Positions 1 to 9,382 of a stretch of 64,000 bases of DNA are shown here, piece by piece. Position 1 is the first letter of the stretch. Every line of letters begins with the position of its first letter. Location of the stretch: assembly GCA_913045315.1 (NCBI GenBank), contig CAJWQJ010000007.1, forward strand, positions 8,549 through 72,548. Reading direction: 5' to 3'. The DNA comes from an uncultured Chloroflexota bacterium. Lineage in GTDB: Bacteria > Chloroflexota > Dehalococcoidia > Lucifugimonadales > UBA1127. The position numbers and the translations under genes were made by a program. The notes beneath the pieces are model-generated. The model worked only from the letters and a program-made list of their open reading frames with translations, made no database searches and was not told where the DNA came from.

Positions 1-180
1 CCCATATTATTTTTGCCAATTGTTATTCCTGTGATTATTGCTGCAGTTTCCTCAAGTACAGAAATCATTAATGGAGGTTCTTTAAGTGAAATCCATATAT
101 GGCTTGAATTGTTAGTTGTTTTTGATGCTTTATTTATATTAATTGGCGCATGGACCTTTCGATTTGTGACAGAAGAGTAA
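1..180 (+). CDS. ccmB: heme exporter permease CcmB, C-terminal fragment (gene starts upstream of window)
   Basis: Frame 1 is open from the window edge to TAA at 178..180. The translation PILFLPIVIPVIIAAVSS...GAWTFRFVTEE is hydrophobic and resembles a CcmB C-terminus. ccmC follows immediately. Confidence 0.5.
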   Translation, partial: PILFLPIVIPVIIAAVSSSTEIINGGSLSEIHIWLELLVVFDALFILIGAWTFRFVTEE

Positions 181-192
181 TATAATTAGATT

Positions 193-876
193 ATGCTAAG
201 AAATTTTATATCATTAACTATATTGATTTTATCCACGCTCATAATGACTGTAACCATGTATCTAATCTTTATATGGGTTCCAACAGATGATGTGCTTGGA
301 ATCAGTCAAAGAATTTTCTACATACACGTTCCAATGGGAATTTTAGGATTAATGGCGTTCCCAATAGTATTCATATGTAGTACCACCTATCTAATAACCA
401 AAAAAGACACCATGGACTCAATTGCTTACTCTGCAGCAGAAATAGGTGCACTATTCCTTACTATAGCTTTAATAACTGGTATGCTCTGGTCAAAACCTTC
501 ATGGGGAGTATGGTGGACTTGGTCTCCTCAACCAACACTTACACTAGTCTCATGGTTAGTCTATATAGCATATTTGATGCTAAGAGCTTATTCTCCAAGA
601 GGTAGTCAAGGAGCCAAATACGCAGCAGTATTAGGAATAATCGGATCTGTAAATTCTATTTTCGTATATCTAGCAGCAAAAATATGGCGAGACGTTCACC
701 CTGAAGCGGTTGTAGGACCATTAGCTGAAAATGATTCACTTGATTCATCAATGCGAATTGGATTGCTAATAGCTCTTCTGGCATTTTCTTTGCTATTTAC
801 ATATCTTATTACTCTACGTTTTTCTACACGAAAAACAGAACAAAAGATAGAAAGGTTACAATATGAAATCAACTAG
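193..876 (+). CDS. ccmC: heme exporter protein CcmC (cytochrome c maturation system I)
   Basis: 227-aa polytopic membrane ORF. It has the Trp-rich WWD-type motif WGVWWTWSPQPT, flanked by His-containing loops (YIHVPMG, DVHPEA). Sits between ccmB and ccmD. Confidence 0.8.
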   Translation: MLRNFISLTILILSTLIMTVTMYLIFIWVPTDDVLGISQRIFYIHVPMGILGLMAFPIVFICSTTYLITKKDTMDSIAYSAAEIGALFLTIALITGMLWSKPSWGVWWTWSPQPTLTLVSWLVYIAYLMLRAYSPRGSQGAKYAAVLGIIGSVNSIFVYLAAKIWRDVHPEAVVGPLAENDSLDSSMRIGLLIALLAFSLLFTYLITLRFSTRKTEQKIERLQYEIN

Positions 877-1114
877 AAAATTTAAAAGTATCTACATATA
901 CATACTTTTAATTGGAATCTCTTTATTTAATTTAGCAGCTTCCCATTCTGAGACAGTAGAATCTAATCAATATTTGGAGTACCTTTTTGTAGCATACACT
1001 GTTACGTGGTTAGGATTTTTTATATATTTATTTTTTATCTCTAAAAAACAGAAGGAACTTAAAAATGAGTTAGAATTTTTAAGTAAAGAGTTAGAAAAAC
1101 AAAAAGAAAAGTAA
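863..1114 (+). CDS. ccmD: CcmD-family small membrane protein
   Basis: 83 aa. Its start overlaps the ccmC end by 14 nt. The TM segment YLFVAYTVTWLGFFIYLFFI is followed by a charged tail (KKQKELKNELE), as in CcmD-family proteins. There is an extra N-terminal hydrophobic segment. Confidence 0.5.
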   Translation: MKSTRKFKSIYIYILLIGISLFNLAASHSETVESNQYLEYLFVAYTVTWLGFFIYLFFISKKQKELKNELEFLSKELEKQKEK

Positions 1115-1143
1115 ACCATTTAATTTTAGGTATTTCGAATGTA

Positions 1144-2514
1144 ATGAAATCAATATACAGATCCATACCAAGCATTGATAAGGTTTTAAACCATCCTAAG
1201 CTTCTGTCCATGAAAAAGGAACATCCAAGAAATCTTCAGCTTTATTTTGCTAGAAAAACAATCCAGTCTTATAGACAAGCCCACTCTGAACTTACTTCCA
1301 TACCAACTATTGAGAATATTGTTGATGAGATTCTCAACAATATAGATAAATTGAAAACATCCTCACTTAAAAGCGTTATTAATGCTACAGGTGTTATCCT
1401 ACATACTAACTTAGGTAGAGCACCGCTAAGTGACACAGCTAGCCACATCATGTGTCAAATAAATTCTAATTATTCAAACCTAGAATATGATCTTAATACA
1501 GGAAAACGACTTACAAGATTATCGCATGTGGAGGAACTTTTTCAATTCTTAACTGGAGCCGAATCTGTACTAATAGTCAACAATAATGCTTCAGCAATTT
1601 TTTTAGTTGCTTCAGTGCTAAGCAAACAAAAAGAAATTCTAATCTCAAAAGGGGAATCAGTAGAAATAGGTGGCGGATTTCGTATATCAGATATAATCAA
1701 CGAATCAGGAGCTAAACTAATAGAAGTAGGAACAACTAACAAAACATACATTGAAGATTACCAAAAAGCTATCACCAGTGAATGTAATGTTTTACTAAAA
1801 GTTCATACTTCAAATTTCAAAATTATTGGATTCACTGAATCAACAGAAATAGAAGAAATGGCGAGATTATCTCGAGAAAATAATCTGTACATGATCCATG
1901 ATTTAGGAAGTGGATGTTTGGTAGATTCAAGCAAATACGGACTTAATCATGAACCCACAGTGCAAGAAAGTATACAAGCAGGAATGGATCTCGTGTTATT
2001 TTCCACCGATAAACTATTAGGCGGGCCTCAAGCAGGAGTTATATTGGGCAAGAAGGAACTTATTGATCAAATAAAAATACATCCATTGGCAAGAGCATTA
2101 AGATCAGACAAAGCAAGTATTGCAGGACTAAGCGCTACCCTTATGCATTATGTAAACCAAGAATTTGAAAAGGAAATTCCTATTTGGAGAATGATTAGCA
2201 GAACTACAGAAGATGTATTAACAACTGCACAAAAATGGAATTCAATGTTCTCAGGAAGCGAAATAATTGCTGGGGAATCAACAATCGGAGGAGGAAGTCT
2301 ACCCGGTGAAACAATACCAAGCTGGCTAATAGGGTTTAAAGAGGATATCCACTTCTCATCTTATGAAATGGCAAAAATATTACGTAATGAAATTCCAATT
2401 CCAATCATTGGGAAAGTTCAACAAGACAAATTTCTGCTTGACCCAAGAACTGTTCTTATGGAAGAAGAAAAATACCTTGAAAATGCAATCATCAAGACTT
2501 TATCAAAAAATTGA
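1144..2514 (+). CDS. selA: L-seryl-tRNA(Sec) selenium transferase (selenocysteine synthase)
   Basis: 456 aa. Contains NATGVILHTNLGRAPL and the PLP-lysine block LFSTDKLLGGPQAG, both typical of SelA. Length matches the family. Confidence 0.85.
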   Translation: MKSIYRSIPSIDKVLNHPKLLSMKKEHPRNLQLYFARKTIQSYRQAHSELTSIPTIENIVDEILNNIDKLKTSSLKSVINATGVILHTNLGRAPLSDTASHIMCQINSNYSNLEYDLNTGKRLTRLSHVEELFQFLTGAESVLIVNNNASAIFLVASVLSKQKEILISKGESVEIGGGFRISDIINESGAKLIEVGTTNKTYIEDYQKAITSECNVLLKVHTSNFKIIGFTESTEIEEMARLSRENNLYMIHDLGSGCLVDSSKYGLNHEPTVQESIQAGMDLVLFSTDKLLGGPQAGVILGKKELIDQIKIHPLARALRSDKASIAGLSATLMHYVNQEFEKEIPIWRMISRTTEDVLTTAQKWNSMFSGSEIIAGESTIGGGSLPGETIPSWLIGFKEDIHFSSYEMAKILRNEIPIPIIGKVQQDKFLLDPRTVLMEEEKYLENAIIKTLSKN

Positions 2515-2585
2515 TAATTGTTTCGATTCAATGCATTATTTATTAAGAGCTATTTATTTAAAGTAAATAAGGAGCAAGTATACTA

Positions 2586-3344
2586 ATGACAGATTTCCTT
2601 CTCTTAGACAGTCCAGGACACGGTCCTTGGTTTTGGGATGGAGTAAAGGGTGCAATTGAAGATAACTTAAGAAATAAATCTGAAGTTAGACATTTAAATT
2701 ATCACCCTGGGAAAGTATTTGCTCCAGAAAATCTCAGTAACCTGGATAACAAATATACCTCCTTGGCTGAATATGCAATGAAGACTGTAGATCAAATCAG
2801 GAATGAGAAGCTATCTAACATAATTATCGTTTCTCATTCCTTTTCCGGAATTCTAGCTCTTGAACTTTGCAACATACTAGGTAAAGAAATAAAAGGCTTA
2901 GTATTTATAGGCTCAATAATCCCAGACATGTTTCGCACATCTATGGAAATGATACCTATCCAATTGAGACTTTTACTTATGACTTCTTCATTACTAACTG
3001 GAACTATTTCGTTCGATAAGATTGCAATGCATAGAGAATTCATCCTGAAAATTTTATGTAGTGACGTGCCATATCCCGAAGCTGCCAAGGCAATAGGAAG
3101 GTTAAATCCACTAAATGCTAAAACATTAGGAATGCTAGCAAATCCTGAATCATTTATAAAACTACATAATTCAAAATATGTGATATTAGATAAGAGTCGT
3201 TTAATTCCTAAAAGTCTTCAAAATAATATGGCAAAATATATAAATGCATCTACAATTAATCTTCCATATGGACAAGAAGCCCCATTTTTCCATCCAGAAA
3301 TTATAGCAAATATACTCCTTCAAAAGACACAAGAACCAAGTTAA
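2586..3344 (+). CDS. alpha/beta-fold hydrolase (esterase-like)
   Basis: 252 aa with AAGGAG SD upstream. Has an N-terminal LLLDSPGHGPWFW oxyanion-type block and a nucleophile elbow VSHSFSG. The specific substrate cannot be inferred. Confidence 0.55.
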   Translation: MTDFLLLDSPGHGPWFWDGVKGAIEDNLRNKSEVRHLNYHPGKVFAPENLSNLDNKYTSLAEYAMKTVDQIRNEKLSNIIIVSHSFSGILALELCNILGKEIKGLVFIGSIIPDMFRTSMEMIPIQLRLLLMTSSLLTGTISFDKIAMHREFILKILCSDVPYPEAAKAIGRLNPLNAKTLGMLANPESFIKLHNSKYVILDKSRLIPKSLQNNMAKYINASTINLPYGQEAPFFHPEIIANILLQKTQEPS

Positions 3345-3371
3345 GCTTCTTAGAATGACAAAGGAAACTAT

Positions 3372-3746
3372 ATGAATTTTCAATTAGATGAACAATGGTT
3401 AAGAGGAAATGTAGATCAGTGTTACACATTAATTCAATCCACTGCCCAGGACATTAATAATTACGTATTTTCCTATAACGGAAAATTTGACGAAGAAATT
3501 GGTGGGTTCTACCAAATGGATTGTATAGTAGACTATATTTCAGATGGAATCATAATTGAAGCAGGTCTTATAGAACTTTGGGAAGATGATGATGGTGAAA
3601 AAACTCTTATGAAAATTTATGAGCTTCGTCCTGATGTTCCAGACGATTCCTTTATTGATGAATATTCTCACACAAGAGCTTCAGCAATGGATTCAATCTG
3701 CCAGATAATAAAAAAGAGATTCATCTCTCTAGAAATGAATGTCTGA
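3372..3746 (+). CDS. hypothetical acidic protein (124 aa)
   Basis: Clean ORF in a tight gene array, ending in TGATGA. I recognise no family motif. Confidence 0.4.
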   Translation: MNFQLDEQWLRGNVDQCYTLIQSTAQDINNYVFSYNGKFDEEIGGFYQMDCIVDYISDGIIIEAGLIELWEDDDGEKTLMKIYELRPDVPDDSFIDEYSHTRASAMDSICQIIKKRFISLEMNV

Positions 3747-3759
3747 TGAAGGGTATGGA

Positions 3760-4449
3760 CTACTTATCTTGCTTTTTTCTTAAAGCATCAAGTATAAAAG
3801 GGTTATTATTTCTTTCTTCACCAATAGATGTCTGAAGCATATGGCCTGGTAAAACTATAGTGTCATCAGGCAATTTAAGCAGTTTATTAGTAATTCCTTC
3901 CATAATTTGCTCATAACTACCTCCTGGAAGGTCTGTACGTCCAATAGATCCTCGAAATAAGGTATCTCCACTAAAAAGCAAACCATTTACAAAATAACTT
4001 ACACTTCCTGGCGTATGTCCAGGAGTATGAATTACGTGTAAATCTAATCCGGCAACACTAACTTTACCATTATCCTCAACATAACCATCAGGATGAGGTA
4101 TGTCACTAAGATTATCACCTAAATAATCTCTCATTGATTGATAGGATCTTTCTAAAACAGGAATTTCAGAATTATGTATAAGAAATGGAATGTCATGTAT
4201 TTGCTTTATACCTGAAATAGCCATCACATGATCTCCATGTCCATGAGAGTTAGCAATGACCTTAACATTAACTCCCATATCTTTTGCTACTTCAAGAATT
4301 CGTTCAGGTTCATCCCCAGGATCAATAATAATTGCTTCTTTTGTTTGCTGTGATGAAATAATGTAACAATTTTCTTGAAACGTTCCTACAACTACTCCCC
4401 GTATCTCCATTTCATTTATAACAGCCATAGCTATCCTCTTAACTGGCAT
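3760..4449 (-). CDS. MBL-fold metallo-hydrolase (hydroxyacylglutathione hydrolase-like)
   Basis: Has the HxHxDH motif SHGHGDHV and downstream HTPGHTPGS and D/H ligands. The true start is probably an internal Met (MAVINEMEIRG). Confidence 0.75.
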   Translation of the reverse strand: MPVKRIAMAVINEMEIRGVVVGTFQENCYIISSQQTKEAIIIDPGDEPERILEVAKDMGVNVKVIANSHGHGDHVMAISGIKQIHDIPFLIHNSEIPVLERSYQSMRDYLGDNLSDIPHPDGYVEDNGKVSVAGLDLHVIHTPGHTPGSVSYFVNGLLFSGDTLFRGSIGRTDLPGGSYEQIMEGITNKLLKLPDDTIVLPGHMLQTSIGEERNNNPFILDALRKKQDK

Positions 4450-4508
4450 TAATCAAGCTAGTAACAATAAAAATACATTGAGTATTTATCTGTATGGAAA
4501 AGGTAAAT

Positions 4509-5294
4509 TTACTCAACTTCTAAAAGTTTGTATTTTACTTCTCCTCCAGGAGTATCAACAGTAAATTCTTCTCCTGCATAAAAACCAAGAACCGCTCTTC
4601 CAACTGGAGAAGAAATTGAGAGCTTGCCATCTGCAAGAGAAGCCTCACGTGAATCAACTAACAACCAAGAATCTGTACGTCCGTTAGATAAATCTCTCAA
4701 TTTCACCGTGCCACCCTGATGTGCACTTCCACCTGTAATTTCAGCACTAATTATTTGAGCAGTAGATAATGTATCTTGAAGTTCTCTTCGCTCTGCATCT
4801 AACTTACCTAAATGCTCTCTAGCTGCTTCCAAAGGGGCATTTTCTCTAACATCTTTATCAGCTGCAGCTTTTTTAACTTCTTCAGCTGCAAGCAAAAGTT
4901 CACCTTGAAGGTACTCAAGACGAACCTCTAAAGCAGAATAACCATCCTGAGTTAGTTTCGGTCTAGATATTTCATGAATAACAGTAGAGTTTCTAATTTT
5001 TTTGTTCGGTCGGCGAATTTTTACATGGATTGCCATATTTACATCAACAATACCATTTTTCTTTGCATAGTTAAGGAAATGTCTCAAAGTTTTTAGTCTT
5101 GAGCTGTCGGGTTCACTTGAACCTTCTTTAGCAGAATAATCCTCTAATTCGCTTGGGCTCATATCCACAAGTGAACGATCGCCACCGATCCACCTGACAA
5201 ATTTTGCTAAATCATTTTGAGCTTCTTTCTTTCCTGACCTAAGCGACTGTATATAATTACTAACTGAATCAGCTATTGTAAAAGATTCAACCAC
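4509..5294 (-). CDS. GreA/GreB-family transcription factor with a long N-terminal extension
   Basis: The C-terminal ~150 aa looks like GreA. The coiled-coil tip carries acidic residues (DKDVRENAPLEAARE), and the C-terminal domain reads ISSPVGRAVLGFYAGEEFTVDTPGGEVKYKLLEVE. The N-terminal ~110 aa is extra. GTG start. Confidence 0.65.
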   Translation of the reverse strand: MVESFTIADSVSNYIQSLRSGKKEAQNDLAKFVRWIGGDRSLVDMSPSELEDYSAKEGSSEPDSSRLKTLRHFLNYAKKNGIVDVNMAIHVKIRRPNKKIRNSTVIHEISRPKLTQDGYSALEVRLEYLQGELLLAAEEVKKAAADKDVRENAPLEAAREHLGKLDAERRELQDTLSTAQIISAEITGGSAHQGGTVKLRDLSNGRTDSWLLVDSREASLADGKLSISSPVGRAVLGFYAGEEFTVDTPGGEVKYKLLEVE

Positions 5295-5475
5295 TCTATC
5301 CCCCCATCATTGAATATCCAAACAAATCTAACTGAACCTATACATTGTACATAAGAATTTTAAACAGATCAAAGTTTATTATACCATTATATCCAAACAT
5401 GCTAAAAGTTTGTTTGAATATCCTTTCCATTAACCTGCTATAATCATTAATACTATCAGGAGATGAATTTTAATT

Positions 5476-5718
5476 ATGGATACTAAGGCATACGTTCTAA
5501 TAGAAACAAATATAGGTCAAACAAAAGAAATAGTAAGGGAATTACAAAAAGTTAATAATGTTATAACCGTTGACCCTGTTACAGGCCCCTACGATATAAT
5601 TGCAATTATCCAGGCAAAAAATCTCGAGGATGCAGGTAAGATAGTAACTGATAAAATCCACTCTATACCTGGAATGATACGAACAATAACATGTTTATCT
5701 GTACCTATTACTGATTAG
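5476..5718 (+). CDS. stand-alone Lrp/AsnC-type ligand-binding (RAM) domain protein
   Basis: 80 aa. The pattern AYVLIET...V..V.GPYDIIAII matches the AsnC_trans_reg fold. No HTH is present. Confidence 0.6.
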   Translation: MDTKAYVLIETNIGQTKEIVRELQKVNNVITVDPVTGPYDIIAIIQAKNLEDAGKIVTDKIHSIPGMIRTITCLSVPITD

Positions 5719-5752
5719 TTCTCGTACTTAAATTCATTAAATTGGAAATACA

Positions 5753-6121
5753 ATGATTACTAAATCTTCCGACGAAAAATCTCAAAAATGCATCTTTTGC
5801 ATGATTAGGAAAGAAGAAATTCATTCTCAAATTCTATATAAGGATTCAGACGTATTTGCAATTTATGACATTAATCCCAGAGCACCTATACATATTCTTG
5901 TAATTCCCCTAAAACATGTTGTTTTTTCTAATCTCAAGGAAAAAATTTTGTTAGATATTCTTGGAAAATTATCTTTAAGCGCAAGAAAGATAGCTGAAAA
6001 GTTCGACATCAAGTCTGAAGGATATAGGCTTGTAATAAATCAGGGTAATAATGCAGGTCAAACTGTTGAACATCTTCATATGCATTTAATTGGCGGCAAA
6101 AAACTTGCACCTGAGGGATAA
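5753..6121 (+). CDS. HIT-family nucleotide hydrolase/transferase (HinT-like)
   Basis: Has the CIFC N-terminal motif and the histidine triad HLHMHLIGG. Confidence 0.8.
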   Translation: MITKSSDEKSQKCIFCMIRKEEIHSQILYKDSDVFAIYDINPRAPIHILVIPLKHVVFSNLKEKILLDILGKLSLSARKIAEKFDIKSEGYRLVINQGNNAGQTVEHLHMHLIGGKKLAPEG

Positions 6122-6205
6122 GTTTCGAAGAAATTTAATCTATTGGCACTTATGAGTTTTTACTTAAAAAATTTAAAATATGCTGCAAATAGAAACTATT
6201 ACACT

Positions 6206-8107
6206 CTAAACTTCCTTATATTCCCCTTCCACAGTACCATCTGTGTTATCATTCGAACCAGTTTCTCCATTAAAGCCATCATTACTGTTATCCCCAGTAT
6301 TATTCTGTCCATAAATTTGAGATCCGATTTCTTGCATGGACTGATTTAATTCCTCCATTTTTGATCGAATTTGATCAATAGACCCATCAGTAATACTATT
6401 TTTCAAATTATCAGACTTTATTTGAACATCATTTTTTAAATTTTCTGGAATAGATTCTTTATTCTCATCTAACATTTTTTCAGAAGCATTAACCATTTGT
6501 TCCGCATCATTTCTAATCTGTATTTCTTCTCTACGCAATTGATCATTTTCTGCATTTGCTTCAGCATCCTTAACCATTTGATCAATTTCTGCATCTGACA
6601 ATCCTGAATCTGGCTGGATTACAATTTTTTGCTCTTTTTGAGTAGCCTGATCTTTAGCTGAAACACTCAAAATACCATTAGCATCAATATCAAATGTTAC
6701 TTCAATCTGTGGCACTCCACGCGGTGAGGGCAATATTCCATCAAGAATAAATTTCCCAATAGATTTATTATCAGCTGCCATAGATCGTTCACCTTGCATA
6801 ACATGAATTTCTACACTCGTCTGACTATCTGCAGCAGTAGAAAAAACCTCTGACTTATCAACTGGAATTGTTGTATTTCGTTCAATAAGTGGATGAGAAA
6901 CACCCCCTAAAGTCTCAATCCCAAGAGTAAGAGGAGTCACATCTAACAAAAGAACATCTCTAACATCCCCTTTCAGTACACCGGCCTGCAATGCTGCACC
7001 TACAGCCACAGCTTCATCAGGATTTACTGAACGACTAGCCTCCTTGCCGAAAAGTTCTTGAACACAATTTATTACAGATGGCATTCTTGTCATTCCTCCA
7101 ACAAGAATGACATCATCTATAGCTCCAGCATTTACCTGAGCATCTTCAAGGGCTTGTTTGCATGGTCCATTAATACGATTAATTAAATTTGCAGTCATTT
7201 GATCCAGAGAGGATCTAGAAAGTGTTAGAACTAAATGTTTAGGACCTGCAGAATCGGCAGAAATAAATGGAAGATTTATTTCTGTTTGAGCTACAGATGA
7301 AAGTTCAACTTTCGCCTTTTCCGAAGCCTCAGTTAATCTTTGTAATGCCATTCTATCACTACTTAAATCAATTCCTGTATCTTTTTTGAATTCTTCAACA
7401 AGCCAAGAAACAATTTCTTGGTCAAAATCATCTCCACCAAGATGAGTGTCACCTGCGGTTGAAAGAACCTCAAATACACCATCTCCTAATCTCAAGATAG
7501 TGATATCAAAAGTTCCTCCTCCAAGATCAAAAACAGCAATCACACCTTCCTGTTTCTTGTCCATTCCATATGCTAAGGCAGCAGCAGTAGGTTCATTAAT
7601 AATTCTTAAAATATCTAATCCAGCGATTGTTCCAGCATCTTTTGTAGCTTGTCTTTGAGCATCATTAAAATAAGCAGGTACAGTAACTACTGCCTCAGTA
7701 ATTTTCTCTCCAAGCTTAGCTTCCGCATCCATTTTAAGTTTCTGAAGTACCATTGCAGAAATTTCTGCTGGTGGATAATCTTTATCCCCCATTTTCACTG
7801 CAACATCGCCATTTGATGATTCAGCAATACGGTATGGGAGTTTTGAAGCATCATCTTTGATCACAGCATCGGAATACTTTCTTCCAATAAGACGTTTAAC
7901 TGAGAATATGGTGTTTTCAGGATTAACTACTGCTTGACGTTTTGCAGCTAATCCAACGTATCTCTCAGAGGTTTTAGAATTAAAACCCACAATTGATGGA
8001 GTAAGCCTTGAACCTTCAGCATTTTCAAGGATTACAGCTTGTCCACCTTCCACATAGCTCATAACTGAATTTGTTGTCCCTAAATCTATACCTAAAACCT
8101 TCGCCAT
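6206..8107 (-). CDS. dnaK: molecular chaperone DnaK (Hsp70)
   Basis: Contains [17 protein letters not shown] and [10 protein letters not shown]. 633 aa. GAGGAAGG SD upstream. Confidence 0.97.
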   Translation of the reverse strand: MAKVLGIDLGTTNSVMSYVEGGQAVILENAEGSRLTPSIVGFNSKTSERYVGLAAKRQAVVNPENTIFSVKRLIGRKYSDAVIKDDASKLPYRIAESSNGDVAVKMGDKDYPPAEISAMVLQKLKMDAEAKLGEKITEAVVTVPAYFNDAQRQATKDAGTIAGLDILRIINEPTAAALAYGMDKKQEGVIAVFDLGGGTFDITILRLGDGVFEVLSTAGDTHLGGDDFDQEIVSWLVEEFKKDTGIDLSSDRMALQRLTEASEKAKVELSSVAQTEINLPFISADSAGPKHLVLTLSRSSLDQMTANLINRINGPCKQALEDAQVNAGAIDDVILVGGMTRMPSVINCVQELFGKEASRSVNPDEAVAVGAALQAGVLKGDVRDVLLLDVTPLTLGIETLGGVSHPLIERNTTIPVDKSEVFSTAADSQTSVEIHVMQGERSMAADNKSIGKFILDGILPSPRGVPQIEVTFDIDANGILSVSAKDQATQKEQKIVIQPDSGLSDAEIDQMVKDAEANAENDQLRREEIQIRNDAEQMVNASEKMLDENKESIPENLKNDVQIKSDNLKNSITDGSIDQIRSKMEELNQSMQEIGSQIYGQNNTGDNSNDGFNGETGSNDNTDGTVEGEYKEV

Positions 8108-8207
8108 TACTAAATTCGACCTTCCTCTTTAATATAATTTCTAAATTAAAAACTTTGTAAATCTACTTTTTCTGCAGTTAATATAAAACTGATAAATGTA
8201 TAACTCC

Positions 8208-8681
8208 CTAATTAATATCAAAATGTAGATCATCAAAAATTGCATCAATATATTGTAATAAATCTCCAACAGTTGAATTTGCAGCAACCTTCTTAACATT
8301 GGTACGAAGATGCAATAACTTACTAACAATATCAAGTGCAATTTCGACACCTGCAAGATTCAACCCTTTGTTTTCAACCAAATGCTTTATCATCCTTAAA
8401 CGTGCGATATCATTTACTGAGTACAATCTGAGCATTCCAGAACTTCTAGATGGATTTATTAAACCAAGTCTTTCATACTTTCTTAATGTCTGAGGATGCA
8501 TACTTAAAAGTCTAGAAGCAACACTTATAACATAGACTCCTTGAGGCTCATTAACAGTACCCCGCGAAAATGAATCAGAATCATCTGCATACACTACATT
8601 ATCTGTAACTCGAGCATAATAAGAACGATTCGCAGGATCAATAATAAACCGCACTCTATTGTATTTACTTTCTGGCATCAT
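8208..8681 (-). CDS. hspR: MerR-family heat-shock repressor HspR
   Basis: Has a MerR HTH (YVISVASRLLSMHPQTLRKYERLGLINPSR) and sits directly upstream of dnaK on the same strand. I place the start at the internal ATG pair (8676..8681), preceded by GGAG. The ORF-track start at 8711 lies inside the operator. Confidence 0.75.
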   Translation of the reverse strand: MMPESKYNRVRFIIDPANRSYYARVTDNVVYADDSDSFSRGTVNEPQGVYVISVASRLLSMHPQTLRKYERLGLINPSRSSGMLRLYSVNDIARLRMIKHLVENKGLNLAGVEIALDIVSKLLHLRTNVKKVAANSTVGDLLQYIDAIFDDLHFDIN

Positions 8682-8705
8682 GCTACTCCATATAAATGCA
8701 AACCA

Positions 8706-8742
8706 TATCATTACACTTGATACGATCTATGTCAAGTGTAAT
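8706..8742 (-). promoter_or_regulatory. HAIR-like operator (12-bp perfect inverted repeat) overlapping a sigma70-type promoter of hspR-dnaK
   Basis: CATTACACTTGA (8708..8719) and TCAAGTGTAATG (8731..8742) are exact reverse complements. The core CTTGA-N11-TCAAG has the same half-sites and spacing as the HspR-associated inverted repeat CTTGAGT-N7-ACTCAAG. On the minus strand, TTGACA (8729..8734), a 17-nt spacer and TGtAATGAT (-10 at 8706..8711) lie inside it. Confidence 0.5.
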
Positions 8743-8782
8743 GATATAAAAAGCTAATTATTGGACGATGGATAATCTCTTT

Positions 8783-9382
8783 TTAGCGCTGCAATTCTGG
8801 CCAATATCTTTCTTCAAGCCAGGGATCACCTCTCATATGATATCCTCGAGACTCCCAAAACCCTGGTTTATCTACAGCCATGAATTCAAACGATTTTACC
8901 CACTTAGCACTTTTCCAAGCATATCTCTTTGGAACCACCAATCTTAAAGGTCCTCCGTGATCAGAGGATAATGGAATTCCATCATGGGTATGTGCAAAAA
9001 GAACATCATCACCAAGAAGTATATCTAAATCTAGATTAGTAGAATATCCACCATATGAATAAATCATAACGTATTTAGCATTAGATAAAGGTTTCAACTC
9101 TGAAATTAGCGAATTAAATCGAATACCCTTCCACTGATTATCAAATCTGCTCCATTGCGTAACACAATGAAAATCAGATTCAATCGAAATCTGAGGGAAT
9201 TTCATAAGTTCATCCATAGACCAATGAACTTCTTTTTCAACTAATCCATATGCGGCTAATTTCCAATTTTGAAGATTAATTTCTGGAGCATTCCCAGAAG
9301 GATAAGACATCACTGGAAATTTATTCGTAACTATCTGATTAGCAGGTAGATTCTTAACATTTGATCGAGACAACTGATCCAT
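8783..9382 (-). CDS. sulfite-oxidase-family molybdopterin oxidoreductase (YuiH-like, cytoplasmic)
   Basis: 199 aa. Has the Mo-ligand cysteine block DFHCVTQWS. No signal or Tat motif. Its start overlaps the mrp stop (TAATG). Confidence 0.7.
   Translation of the reverse strand: MDQLSRSNVKNLPANQIVTNKFPVMSYPSGNAPEINLQNWKLAAYGLVEKEVHWSMDELMKFPQISIESDFHCVTQWSRFDNQWKGIRFNSLISELKPLSNAKYVMIYSYGGYSTNLDLDILLGDDVLFAHTHDGIPLSSDHGGPLRLVVPKRYAWKSAKWVKSFEFMAVDKPGFWESRGYHMRGDPWLEERYWPELQR

Noticed and set aside
6143-6349. 68-aa plus-strand ORF between the HIT gene and dnaK.
   Set aside because: It overlaps the dnaK 3' end in antisense, has a hydrophobic low-complexity translation, and has no SD.
8682-8711. 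N-terminal 10 codons of the track ORF for hspR (MIWFAFIWSS).
   Set aside because: That ATG lies inside the operator and -10 region. The internal ATG pair at 8676..8681 has a GGAG SD, so I shortened the CDS.
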